From positions 1 through 33,183 of the IMG/VR virus record IMGVR_UViG_3300027798_000134: a stretch of 33,183 nt of DNA. One strand, given 5' to 3'. The notes under the pieces were generated by a model that searched no databases, was not told the origin of the DNA, and saw nothing but the letters and a program-made list of their open reading frames with translations. The stretch comes from a virus (Duplodnaviria > Caudoviricetes). Shown piece after piece: positions 1-9,088 of the stretch. The position numbers and the translations under genes were made by a program. Numbering within the stretch: the stretch's first letter is position 1; each line of letters starts with the position of its first letter.

Positions 1-748
1 AAGGAGTTTCTCTGTAAAGTACAGTGTTAGTGGTTGAATAAGAAATCATTCTTTGCTCTAAGGCTCTTATGCAGCAGTAGATAGCACAAACGTCTGTGCA
101 ATCAACAAGGATTTCTTTAGATCCAGAAACCACATCAGAAACAACCATTCCGTCTGGGAATGCATAAGTTAATGTTGATTGGATTTTTGTGGTTTGTGTT
201 CCGTTATAAAAGGTTGAAGTTGTAAGAGTCTGAGTAACTCCAATAACAGGAGAAAATTCTCCAGCCGATCCAACAGGAAATTTTATAGTATGAACTCTAT
301 TAATAAATGGATCTGTTCCATTTACAGTGTAGTTTGTTGCATCAACAGATGTAAATAATGGAGAAATACAATCAACAGTTTGATTAATATCAACAACTGG
401 ACTTGTATAGTTTACGTTGTAAGTGTTAGTTACAGTAAAGAAATCTTCACCAATTAGTGTTGTATAAACAATTGTATATATACCTCTTTCAGGTTCTCCA
501 TCCAATCCTAACGGAATTAGAATAGTAGTTTGATTGAAGGGAGATACAACACGATCAATATCACAAAGAGCATCAGTAAAGTTTGTATTGTTATATACAA
601 TTACTCCGCTTGGAGATGTGATCTTAAAGCTCCCGTTAACATCGGCAAGAGGAATCGATTGTCCTGCGTAATTAGATGTGTCTGTAAATACAAAAACTTT
701 TGTTGAACCAGTAAGGTCCATTGAAGAAGTAAAGCTAATTATTGCCAT
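1..748 (-). CDS. Putative virion structural protein (partial, runs off the left edge)
   Basis: ATG at 748 (MAIISFTSSMDLTGSTKVFVFTDTSNY...). The frame is open to the window edge and is T/V/S/I-rich (beta-rich). It follows a Bacteroidota promoter and lies downstream of terL. Confidence 0.6.
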   Translation of the reverse strand, partial: MAIISFTSSMDLTGSTKVFVFTDTSNYAGQSIPLADVNGSFKITSPSGVIVYNNTNFTDALCDIDRVVSPFNQTTILIPLGLDGEPERGIYTIVYTTLIGEDFFTVTNTYNVNYTSPVVDINQTVDCISPLFTSVDATNYTVNGTDPFINRVHTIKFPVGSAGEFSPVIGVTQTLTTSTFYNGTQTTKIQSTLTYAFPDGMVVSDVVSGSKEILVDCTDVCAIYCCIRALEQRMISYSTTNTVLYRETP

Positions 749-764
749 GAGAATGTTTATTTTC

Positions 765-800
765 CCCAAATATAATCACTAATTAAGAATGATTACAAAT
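765..800 (-). promoter_or_regulatory. Bacteroidota sigma70-type promoter (TTTG-N21-TATATTTG) overlapped by a 19-bp imperfect palindrome
   Basis: Minus strand reads aTTTG taatcattcttaattagtgat TATATTTG. The palindrome ATTAAGAATGATTACAAAT is at 782-800. Confidence 0.7.
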
Positions 801-807
801 TAGAATG

Positions 808-2859
808 TCATTTTATCTCCCTACTCTCGCTTCCCCTGTTGTCGTATTTCTTGAATAAATTTATAGGAGCAAACTCTCTCTTTGGCACAACAACTGACTT
901 TGATCCAATCACAGCGTACATAGCAGAAACCGTTAAGTCATAGTCTGTCCAATCCTCAACATTAAACTTCGCCCAGTCATTTAGTGTGTCATCAAACAGA
1001 CAACACCCCATAACATTCGTTGTGCTATTCGTTCCAACATTTTGATACACATACGACTGCAAGTGTTCAACAAGCATCCTTCGAATACCACTCTCAATAG
1101 ATCCCGTATTAGGAATCCACTTTTCTTTTTGATTCTTCTCAGAATATTCAGAGTGAGTAAACGCTGGTCTATCCATCAAGTAATGACCATAACCTCTATT
1201 CCTAAAGTGATTCATACATCCAGGCTTGTTAGACTCACCCAAGATCTCCCATCCATAAAACACACACTGCATCAGCATGTCCTCGTAAAATATTGATGGA
1301 TCAGATGGTCGTGCCCAATACTGAGAAACAAATATGTTTGACATGTGACCATCAATAATACTAAGCTTCCTAAATCCATGAGACGCAGCCATAGACCGCT
1401 TATTAGAAGAGGTGTACTTATGGTCAATTGGATCGGTTGAGAACACTCCCTCGTGTGTGTTTGCTGGAGCCTTTTGTCCGTACTTCGTTGTAAACTTATT
1501 CCTGTCGTCCTGGTTAGGCATCCAATATACTAACCACCTTCCGTTTGAGTCTGGCTCAAACACAACCTCAGTATCCCTTACACCATCCTTCCATGTGAAG
1601 TTGCCCTTAACAAGCGGATTCTTTGCATTGAATGAATTGTGCTCAAGCTGTTGGTATATCTTATCGATGTCGAATGAGGTCTTGTCGTTTGCAGGATCCC
1701 GAAACATTTCATCCTCGGTAAATGGTCGCTGACGAATCTCTTCGAAGTAACCAACAACGTCACCAGACTGCTGAAGCTCTCGCCTAACGCTTTCGTAGTA
1801 AGGCTTTGCACCAACTGTAATTAACACACCATCAATCCCCATCACAGGAACCGCTGGAGTTTCTATGATAGACATTCCATACTCATCAATAAATCCCTCC
1901 ATGCCATCGTAGGCAGGAACAAAGTATTTCCACAGTCCACTTCTTGTTCTTCCAATCTCTGTCTTATCCTTTATACTTGACTTATCCCATATAGCCTTAA
2001 ACCCTGCACCACCTTTTTTAGCCTCATTAACAGTAGATCCAAAAAGCATCTTACCGACAATTCTCCTTCCAAGTGTAACGCATGTCTTTGCAATGTTGAA
2101 CCACTTCTCAACAGAAACCTCTTCCCACTTTCCAGTTTCATCAGCTGCCAATATCTTTAACTTAAATCCATCATAGGAGTTCTCCTTTGTGTTCTTCCAG
2201 TCAATTGTTGTGTGAAGACTTGTCTCCTTATTGGTAACCCTGTTCTTATATGTAACACGCTGCTGAGGTGTCTTAAACACCAACGACTTCTTAACATCTT
2301 CCGCAGACTGCACAAGTGGCTTGAAGAATGGAGGGTAATAAAGAAACCCATGTATAAGCTTCTTGAACATCTCCTCAGCATCACCACCCGTCTTAGAGAC
2401 AATCCCAAAATGAGAATTAAATGTTCTCCTTGCTTTATTCAGCATGATACTATCACCTCGGAATGAATATCCATCCCTTCGAAGCTTACCATAACACTGC
2501 CCAATACACTCAGGATCTGTGTCACATAAAAACCAATGATAGAACCACCTCTTGTCACGATCACGATAGTCTGGATAACCAGAGTCAATCTTAAACCAAT
2601 TCAGGTAGTGGTAGTGGTCTCCAGTAATGTATGTAGGGGTTCCGTTGTTAAAGAACCACATTCCGTCAGTACACTTCCTGTCCTCCTCAAATGCAAATGC
2701 ATCTTGAGCCTCAACAGACATCTCGTCCCAATTCTCAGGCAAAGGTGTTCTCGCCCACTTCTGATTCTTGCTAACAAGATTACCACCCAAAATCTGTGTC
2801 TTTGGTGGCATCTTAGGCAGCTTAAATATCAACCCCTCATATAGTTCAACTTCTTCCAT
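808..2859 (-). CDS. terL: Terminase large subunit
   Basis: 683 aa. Walker A-like GKLRRDGYS, Walker B ILAADETGKW, coupling motif GST, RNase H-like nuclease motifs (STDPID, ESNKPG, YDLTVS). Lies in the head module. Confidence 0.9.
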   Translation of the reverse strand: MEEVELYEGLIFKLPKMPPKTQILGGNLVSKNQKWARTPLPENWDEMSVEAQDAFAFEEDRKCTDGMWFFNNGTPTYITGDHYHYLNWFKIDSGYPDYRDRDKRWFYHWFLCDTDPECIGQCYGKLRRDGYSFRGDSIMLNKARRTFNSHFGIVSKTGGDAEEMFKKLIHGFLYYPPFFKPLVQSAEDVKKSLVFKTPQQRVTYKNRVTNKETSLHTTIDWKNTKENSYDGFKLKILAADETGKWEEVSVEKWFNIAKTCVTLGRRIVGKMLFGSTVNEAKKGGAGFKAIWDKSSIKDKTEIGRTRSGLWKYFVPAYDGMEGFIDEYGMSIIETPAVPVMGIDGVLITVGAKPYYESVRRELQQSGDVVGYFEEIRQRPFTEDEMFRDPANDKTSFDIDKIYQQLEHNSFNAKNPLVKGNFTWKDGVRDTEVVFEPDSNGRWLVYWMPNQDDRNKFTTKYGQKAPANTHEGVFSTDPIDHKYTSSNKRSMAASHGFRKLSIIDGHMSNIFVSQYWARPSDPSIFYEDMLMQCVFYGWEILGESNKPGCMNHFRNRGYGHYLMDRPAFTHSEYSEKNQKEKWIPNTGSIESGIRRMLVEHLQSYVYQNVGTNSTTNVMGCCLFDDTLNDWAKFNVEDWTDYDLTVSAMYAVIGSKSVVVPKREFAPINLFKKYDNRGSESREIK

Positions 2860-3271
2860 TTGCGTTCTTTAAAGCGATTTTTTCTGCTAAACCTAACGAT
2901 TGGTCCTTTAGTAATTTATCAGCCTTCTTTGCCTCCTCTGGAGTTAATAGTCTTCTCAACTCGTCAAGCTTCTTATTAAGGTCAACAGACTCTAACAGAT
3001 ACTTCCATGCACGATCAAACTCTTTCGAATCCTTGTCTGCAAACAGGTCAATCTTTCCAGGAGTTATCTCAACCTCCTCAAGGGCATCCTCTACAAATAT
3101 TTTTCTTTTTATTGGCTCCTTAATAGTTAGCTGATCATTGAAGCTGTCAATCTGATTCTTTATCGTGATGTATGTGCTGTAGTATGGACTGGAACTAATT
3201 GCACTTAACTGTGCCTCCAAGTCCTCGACATAAGCTATGATAGCCTTGTCCTTTATAGGTGGTCTCTCCAT
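2846..3271 (-). CDS. Hypothetical helical protein, possible terminase small subunit
   Basis: 141 aa, charged and helical. It overlaps the terL start. The terS guess is positional only. Confidence 0.45.
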   Translation of the reverse strand: MERPPIKDKAIIAYVEDLEAQLSAISSSPYYSTYITIKNQIDSFNDQLTIKEPIKRKIFVEDALEEVEITPGKIDLFADKDSKEFDRAWKYLLESVDLNKKLDELRRLLTPEEAKKADKLLKDQSLGLAEKIALKNANGRS

Positions 3272-3307
3272 TTTATTTAATTTAATTTAACTGTACTATA
3301 CTAAAAT

Positions 3308-3333
3308 AAAAGGGGACTTTTTACATCCCCTTT
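3308..3333 (-). terminator. Rho-independent terminator
   Basis: AAAGGGGA/TCCCCTTT stem followed by a U-tract on the minus strand, just after the 3370-3930 gene. Confidence 0.7.
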
Positions 3334-3369
3334 CATCAACCTAAAACCAAAAAAACTATAACTATGAAA

Positions 3370-3930
3370 TTACAGTGCGTTAATTAATGTTTGAACAGCA
3401 TTTGGAGACTGTGATGCAATAATGCTAAAGTTCTCTGTTCCCTTTGCATCATACATGATTTCTGATCCATCAGGATCTGCTGTTATTGCATTTACTAATA
3501 AGTTGTTGATGTATCGTGTTGCTCCAGTAGCTGCTACTGTTATTGGCAGTAAGTTTCCAGCAGCGGTACTAATTGCAGAACCACCAGTTAAAACTACCAA
3601 TGAATCTGGATATGCTTTCTTAGAGTCATAAGTAACAACAGTGTTTGCAGTGAAGTCATCAACAAAAATAATTTTATCACCATTGATATAAAGTAATCCT
3701 CCTGTAGACTCTAAAGTAACAGCAAAAGTACGAGCAGCAGCAGTATTAACTGTAGCAGCTGATTGAGTAACAAGTCTAACAATGACGTTATCTCTATTAT
3801 CAGTGTATGTAATTTCAAGAACACCAGCAGTGTTTGTCATGAAATAAATAATTTGATTTGCAGATAATTTAAAAGCTTCGCCAGTTTTATAGTCTGTTAG
3901 CGATATAGATTTTGATACTTGAATTGCCAT
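3370..3930 (-). CDS. Protein of three tandem ~60-aa repeats (FlbD-like pattern)
   Basis: 186 aa. The repeats align: SISLTDYKTGEAFKLSANQIIYF / TFAVTLESTGGLLYINGDKIIFV / LLPITVAATGATRYINNLLVNAI. A TAGATTTG promoter box lies near 3957-3964. Confidence 0.65.
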   Translation of the reverse strand: MAIQVSKSISLTDYKTGEAFKLSANQIIYFMTNTAGVLEITYTDNRDNVIVRLVTQSAATVNTAAARTFAVTLESTGGLLYINGDKIIFVDDFTANTVVTYDSKKAYPDSLVVLTGGSAISTAAGNLLPITVAATGATRYINNLLVNAITADPDGSEIMYDAKGTENFSIIASQSPNAVQTLINAL

Positions 3931-4001
3931 TTTTTTTATAATTTAGTTTATAGATACAAATCTATTGATAAAATTAACTTGATCATAAATAAAGTAAAAA
4001 A

Positions 4002-4027
4002 TAAAATGCCAAAATTAATTGGCACTT
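4002..4027 (-). terminator. Probable terminator after groEL
   Basis: TGCCAA-aattaa-TTGGCA hairpin followed by T-rich sequence on the minus strand. Confidence 0.5.
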
Positions 4028-4031
4028 TAAA

Positions 4032-5624
4032 TTACACCATTGGGCCTCTTTTGTGGATCTCAGCATCCAAACACTCACAAGTGATAATAACACCTGCAAT
4101 GCTGCATGCATTCTCCAAAGCAACCCGAACAACCTTAGCAGGATCAATAACCCCAGAGACAAATAAATCCTCGTGGTTCATTGTCTTTGCATTGTATCCT
4201 ATTGATCTTCCAGACTTAATCTCTTCAACGATAGAGTCAGCCTTGCTGTCAATACCACAGTTAGAAAGGATCTGTCTCAATGGAGCTTCCATAGCCTTCA
4301 AGATAACACCTCTTCCCAACATCTCATCTTCATTTAAAAACTCAGTAGCCTCTAAAACATTCATGCATGATAACAAGCAAGATGCTCCACCTGCAACAAT
4401 ACCTTCCTCAATGGCAGACCTTGTAGCTCTAACAGCATCGTCAACACGATCCTTCTTCTCATTCATTTCAATATCCGTAGACGCACCAACCGACATGATA
4501 GCAACACCACCAGACAATCTTGCCAATCTTCGCTTTAAACGATCAATGTCAAATTCTAACTTAGCGTTTGCTAACAACGCAGTCACCTCATCCTGGCGAA
4601 CCTTAATCGCTTCAGGAGAACCTTTACCATCAATAAATGATGTGGTCAACTCTGTTGAAACAATCTTACCACAGCTACCTAAGTGAGACATAGAAGCATT
4701 TTCAATCTTAATCCCAATAGACTCAGAGATAACAGTTGCACCCGTCAAGGTAGCGATGTCAGACAATGCCTCAGCTCTATATGCAGATGATGGTTTAATT
4801 GCAGATATTTTTAATCCTCCCTGTAACTTATTCATTGTGATGAAAGACAAACCCTCTTGAGTTAAGTCAGAACACACAATAAAGATAGGCTTGCCAGTTG
4901 GTATTGCCTTCTCTAAGATAGGAATAATTTCTTTCGATAGCGTGATGTCATGGTCAGTTACAATAACCAATGCATCCTCCATAACAACCTCCATCTTCTC
5001 TGGGTTAGTTACAAAATACTTGGAGATGTACCCCTTGTCAATTTGCATCCCATCAACAACACGAATTGTCGTTTCTGCTGTACTTGAGTCCTCGATGTCA
5101 ATAACACCTGTCTCACCAATTTTAGCGAAGGCAGAAGCGATTAAATCACCAATTTCTGAGTCATTGTTAGCGGAGATCGTTGCAACATTCTTAATCTTCT
5201 CAACATCTCCATCAATTTTCTTAGAGATAGACTTGATGTGGTTAACAACAATCGCAACAGACTTATCCATTCCTCGCTTAACATCCATTGGATTAGCGGT
5301 TCCTGAGATAGCCACAAGGCCTTCGTTGATCATACTCTGAGCCAACACAGTAGCTGTAGTTGTTCCATCACCAGCATCGTCAACAGTCTTTCTTGCAACA
5401 CCCTTGATAATTTGAGCACCAACATTTTCGATTGGATCCTCTAATTGAATTGATCTTGCAACAGACACACCATCCTTTGTTGCAGATGGCTCTGCTCCAT
5501 GATACTCACTAATAATTACGTTACGTCCCAATGGACCTAATGTCACCTTTACAGCATTTGCTACTGCATCCGAGCCAGCCTTAAGCCTCTCTCTTGCTTC
5601 CTTTCCGAAGATTATTCTTTTCAT
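4032..5624 (-). CDS. groEL: Chaperonin GroEL (Cpn60), phage-encoded
   Basis: 530 aa. AVKVTLGPLGRNV, TKDGVSVAR, AGDGTTTATVLA, RLARLSGGVA, EKKDRVDDA, EEGIVAGG, GVIDPAKV. No C-terminal GGM tail. Confidence 0.97.
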   Translation of the reverse strand: MKRIIFGKEARERLKAGSDAVANAVKVTLGPLGRNVIISEYHGAEPSATKDGVSVARSIQLEDPIENVGAQIIKGVARKTVDDAGDGTTTATVLAQSMINEGLVAISGTANPMDVKRGMDKSVAIVVNHIKSISKKIDGDVEKIKNVATISANNDSEIGDLIASAFAKIGETGVIDIEDSSTAETTIRVVDGMQIDKGYISKYFVTNPEKMEVVMEDALVIVTDHDITLSKEIIPILEKAIPTGKPIFIVCSDLTQEGLSFITMNKLQGGLKISAIKPSSAYRAEALSDIATLTGATVISESIGIKIENASMSHLGSCGKIVSTELTTSFIDGKGSPEAIKVRQDEVTALLANAKLEFDIDRLKRRLARLSGGVAIMSVGASTDIEMNEKKDRVDDAVRATRSAIEEGIVAGGASCLLSCMNVLEATEFLNEDEMLGRGVILKAMEAPLRQILSNCGIDSKADSIVEEIKSGRSIGYNAKTMNHEDLFVSGVIDPAKVVRVALENACSIAGVIITCECLDAEIHKRGPMV

Positions 5625-5642
5625 AGTTATTTATTTGTTTAA

Positions 5643-5900
5643 TTATTGAATTGCTAAAATGTCTTCCTGTTGCATAATCATATACTCCTTGCCATCAATA
5701 GATATGTCAGTTCCTCTATACTTTTGGTACAGAACAATGTCACCCACTTCTACAAGTGTTGCCTTGTCTCCCTTTGCAACGATCCTCCCAGAATATGGTT
5801 TCTCCTTTGCTGAATCAGGAAGGATTAATCCCCCTAAAGTTTTTCCTTGAGCATCATCCTGCTCAATCACTACACGATTTAATAATGGTTTTATTTTCAT
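5643..5900 (-). CDS. groES: Co-chaperonin GroES (Cpn10)
   Basis: 85 aa. MKIKPLLNRVVI, mobile loop TLGGLILPDSAKEKP, VGDIVLY, EDILAI. Confidence 0.95.
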   Translation of the reverse strand: MKIKPLLNRVVIEQDDAQGKTLGGLILPDSAKEKPYSGRIVAKGDKATLVEVGDIVLYQKYRGTDISIDGKEYMIMQQEDILAIQ

Positions 5901-6739
5901 AGAAATTTATAGTTTATATCTTCTGTTGTTAAAAATGAATACTTCTTTCCGCAATAATTTAATTCACTGGTAAGTCCATTGAAGTAGCTAACCTTTTCAC
6001 CGATAGCAACACCCTTAATATCCTCGCCAATATTGTAAACGATACCCACACGAACTCGTGGATTCTTTTGGTAATACAATCCCGATCTCACCTCAGCCTC
6101 TGTAATGTCAGCAACAAGCATCTTGTTTGTTAGGCAAGCCAGTTTCCCGTTTCTCTCAATGCCGATAATGTTTCTGAGCTGCATTCTGTAAAGGTCTGTA
6201 CCTAAAAGTTTAATGTCGTAGTCAGCATTGTTTGTAAAGAAAACAATGTCCCCCAACCTTAGTCCACTCTTCTTAGCCTGATTTGACAAGGCAAAAACTT
6301 TACCCACATTCTTTAGGTAAGCTCTCTCTGTTCTTAACAGTAGACCACTTTCTGTTCTCGTGTGCTCCTCTGGCTCAAGGACAGGCTCTACAAATATATA
6401 GTCTTCTAGTGGCTCTAACTTTGCGTTAACGATCTTAGCCCATATGTGATAGTATTCACACTTATAAAGATTTTCGTCATTATACTTTACCTCATTGTCT
6501 GGTTGGCAAACGAAGTGATGGAACACAACAACGTCTCCCGACTTAACAGGGTTATCGTTTCTGTATTCTGAATCAATTATTTGTGCATTAAACACAACCT
6601 CTCCAATTTGGGTTGCGTGATGATATTTATTAAAATCAGTATCAAGGTGTAGATTACCTCCACTGTGTCCAATAACTGAAGTGACTCTTTTAGAATCAAT
6701 ATCAGCTCGGATCAAGAATAAATCTTTGATTAGCTTCAC
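5897..6739 (-). CDS. Protein of three tandem GroES/Cpn10-like domains
   Basis: 280 aa with a GTG start, overlapping the groES start by 4 nt. Three units carry GroES hallmarks (GEVV..VKSGDVVVF; PLEDYIFV..TESGLLL..GKVFAL..LGDIVFF; RSGLYY..GIVYNIG..IGEKVSY..EDI). Confidence 0.75.
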   Translation of the reverse strand: MKLIKDLFLIRADIDSKRVTSVIGHSGGNLHLDTDFNKYHHATQIGEVVFNAQIIDSEYRNDNPVKSGDVVVFHHFVCQPDNEVKYNDENLYKCEYYHIWAKIVNAKLEPLEDYIFVEPVLEPEEHTRTESGLLLRTERAYLKNVGKVFALSNQAKKSGLRLGDIVFFTNNADYDIKLLGTDLYRMQLRNIIGIERNGKLACLTNKMLVADITEAEVRSGLYYQKNPRVRVGIVYNIGEDIKGVAIGEKVSYFNGLTSELNYCGKKYSFLTTEDINYKFL

Positions 6740-6776
6740 AACTGTTTAATTAAATTATACTATACTGTAATATTTT

Positions 6777-7049
6777 TTATACTATCGCCTCTGATTGAGA
6801 CAGGTCATACTCTATTGTAACAGGAACACCATCAAGGCTTTTCCACAACATATGCTCTCCTCTTCCGTTAATTTTAACGTATATCAAAAAACGAACTTTG
6901 CCAAAGATATGGAATTGATTAATATCTTCGACAATATCTGTAATTAATTTATCACCAAATTTATTTCCGACAACAAATGCCATTCCCTCATCCTTTGGAT
7001 TATGTCCAACAACGATCTTTCTAATTATTCCAGCAGGAGTTCTTTCCAT
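6777..7049 (-). CDS. Hypothetical phage protein
   Basis: 90-aa ORF with an A-rich leader, co-oriented with the chaperonin genes. Confidence 0.7.
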   Translation of the reverse strand: MERTPAGIIRKIVVGHNPKDEGMAFVVGNKFGDKLITDIVEDINQFHIFGKVRFLIYVKINGRGEHMLWKSLDGVPVTIEYDLSQSEAIV

Positions 7050-7096
7050 TATTTTTTAGCTTAAGTTTTTAGTTAAATAAATGATTACTAATCAAT

Positions 7097-7447
7097 TTAT
7101 TTGCCTAACATACCGCTTTTAAAATTCTTAGCACGTTCAACTGCTCTTCTATTTTTTGTTGCAGCCTCTTCATATACTTTTCCCTTAGCACGTTCCTCTT
7201 CAGTATATGAGGAGTTTTTTTCAGGTGAAGGGCGATAGTTACCAGAAGTACCAGAAAGGTCACGCATATTCATATTCGAACCTCCTTCAGGCTCTTCTAC
7301 CCTATAATCACGACCATCATTTTTTGACGTTTTTGATGTCATTGGTTTACGATCTCTTTTAGGAAGTTTCATTTTACTTTTAGAACACTTGTCAGTAACA
7401 GGATCACCAGTTGTTCCACAAGATTTAGATAAAGATAATGTTGCCAT
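7097..7447 (-). CDS. Hypothetical basic, low-complexity protein
   Basis: 116 aa, K/R/S-rich. A TATATTTG promoter box lies at 7462-7469 on the minus strand. Confidence 0.65.
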   Translation of the reverse strand: MATLSLSKSCGTTGDPVTDKCSKSKMKLPKRDRKPMTSKTSKNDGRDYRVEEPEGGSNMNMRDLSGTSGNYRPSPEKNSSYTEEERAKGKVYEEAATKNRRAVERAKNFKSGMLGK

Positions 7448-7476
7448 AATATTTTTTTTTACAAATATAGTGATTA

Positions 7477-7917
7477 TTATGGAAGTCTATAATAATCGCA
7501 CTTTATTTTTCCATAATACTCTTCAATCCAATCAGCTGAATAAAAATGTATTTTAACAACACTTTCGCTCAACTTGTTATTAGTGTTCTGTTCTGCTACA
7601 AAAAAGCCATCAGAAACAACCTTGTAAACAATACAAACATGCTTAATACGATGCTTTGTGCCGCCTGTCATTCTTAGAATATCACCAGGAGCAATGTCAA
7701 CAGAGTCAATAAGAATACCATATTTATCGTTACCCGAAACGGTTCCATCAAACTTTCTGTCGTATGTTCTGATTGCACCTTGAACTAATTCATAGCACAA
7801 ACCATCTCCAACCTTTTTACCAAGGTGCTTGTCCACATACTTAATAACTTGTTCTTGATGAGACTGACCAAACACGTTTAAGTTGATCAACAATAGCATT
7901 ACAATTAACTTTTTCAT
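7477..7917 (-). CDS. Secreted CHAP/NlpC-P60-like cysteine hydrolase (putative peptidoglycan hydrolase)
   Basis: N-terminal signal peptide MKKLIVMLLLINLNVFG. Catalytic-type motifs VGDGLCYELV (Cys), PGDIL, HVCIV (His), AEQN. Confidence 0.7.
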   Translation of the reverse strand: MKKLIVMLLLINLNVFGQSHQEQVIKYVDKHLGKKVGDGLCYELVQGAIRTYDRKFDGTVSGNDKYGILIDSVDIAPGDILRMTGGTKHRIKHVCIVYKVVSDGFFVAEQNTNNKLSESVVKIHFYSADWIEEYYGKIKCDYYRLP

Positions 7918-7946
7918 AGATTTAAGTTTTAATTGGTTTATAGTGA

Positions 7947-7976
7947 GTTAAACGCAGACAACTTAAAAAGGTTACA
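7947..7976 (-). promoter_or_regulatory. ECF-sigma-type promoter TGTAACC-N15-CGTTTAAC
   Basis: Same bipartite motif and spacing as the seven plus-strand copies, about 30 bp upstream of the CHAP gene. Confidence 0.65.
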
Positions 7977-8191
7977 AAAAAAGCAAATTATTTTACAACC
8001 TGCTGAATAACAGTAAATTAAAATGCCCACTATAAATAGCAGGCATCGTAATTGTAAAAATATTTATTTTATTCTTCTAAGATTGAATGGGGTTTAGTTA
8101 CAGGAATCTTTCTTAGTATTAGCTACTTTGTCTTCACCATAATCATACCTCTTATATTAATTCCTAGAAAAAAAACTTTTTTTAGGTGTTT

Positions 8192-8716
8192 CTACTTTAG
8201 TATTTCTATTATCTTGTTTGCTTGATCTTCAGCATAAGTAATTGCTTCTTCTTCTTTGTCTTTTATATTCCAGTTGTTTAATAAGATACTCATGTGCATA
8301 GTTTCGTGCATAATAGCTGTAGCTTTTTCTGTAATATTATATTTTCTTAATGTACCCATATTTAAAAACAAAAAAGGTTTGTATGGATCTTTAGCAGTTA
8401 ATTTTTTATCTGCGGGATCATAATTAGTTAACCCATACATGTATACACCATTACCTTGATCACCTTTTTTAGGAGTTGTCATATCTACTTCTTCAGCTTG
8501 GGCATCTTTTCTATTTAACCCATGCATCTCATCTACTTTATAATAGTCAAAGATTTCAGTAGCATCTTTACCAATGAGTAAAATATATTCACCCATGTTA
8601 ACTTTTTCCACTCCTTTTAGCTTTAGCTTCTTTTCCCTTTCTGCTTGTTGCTTTGTCTTTGCCATAGGATTGCTGTCTTTTTTACAGGGCTGACATAAGG
8701 ATAATTTTGATTTCAT
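8192..8716 (-). CDS. HEXXH zincin-like metalloprotease-domain protein
   Basis: 174 aa. IMHETMH followed by EEEAITY as a possible third zinc ligand. Confidence 0.6.
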   Translation of the reverse strand: MKSKLSLCQPCKKDSNPMAKTKQQAEREKKLKLKGVEKVNMGEYILLIGKDATEIFDYYKVDEMHGLNRKDAQAEEVDMTTPKKGDQGNGVYMYGLTNYDPADKKLTAKDPYKPFLFLNMGTLRKYNITEKATAIMHETMHMSILLNNWNIKDKEEEAITYAEDQANKIIEILK

Positions 8717-8726
8717 ATTTTTTATT

Positions 8727-8999
8727 TTAACAGTTCCATTTTTTTAAAGAAAGAGCCTTTCTTGTAGGTCTTCCCTTTTCATCTTTCATTGGCCCTTCAA
8801 CCCCAGACATCCTTGCACAAAAAGACTTTCTTCTCTTAGCATCTTTGCTGTCAGGATTAAGTTTAGATGGTTTAGTAGTAACAGCTAACTTAAGTTTACT
8901 GCCAGGATTAGCTGCTCTGTAAGAATCAATGCCTTTTTTATTTAGTCCGCCAGAAGGGTTCTTGCCTTCTTTCCTGGTCCAAGCTGGGGTATTTGCCAT
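8727..8999 (-). CDS. Small basic phage protein (resembles DUF6321, from recall)
   Basis: 90 aa. AWTRKEGKNPSGGLN...RRKSFCARM...KW pattern. A TATATTTG box lies at 9012-9019 on the minus strand. Confidence 0.65.
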   Translation of the reverse strand: MANTPAWTRKEGKNPSGGLNKKGIDSYRAANPGSKLKLAVTTKPSKLNPDSKDAKRRKSFCARMSGVEGPMKDEKGRPTRKALSLKKWNC

Positions 9000-9040
9000 A
9001 ATGTTTTTTTACAAATATAGTCATTATTATATATAAAATA

Positions 9041-9076
9041 AAAAATCCCCCTAAAATTAATTAGGAGGATTCTTTT
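9041..9076 (-). terminator. Rho-independent terminator
   Basis: The minus strand reads AATCCTCCTAA-loop-TTAGGGGGATT followed by a T-tract. Confidence 0.7.
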
Positions 9077-9088
9077 TAATTACAAAGC

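Noticed and set aside
4032-5900. groEL/groES as host chromosomal DNA
   Set aside because: The genes sit between phage terminase and capsid genes, are divergent from typical bacterial sequences, and GroEL lacks the GGM tail.
8069-8194. TAG readthrough or recoding (code 15, as in some crAss-like phages) extending the 8192-8716 ORF
   Set aside because: All long genes are intact in code 11, and TAG serves as a normal stop before terminators or the next gene.
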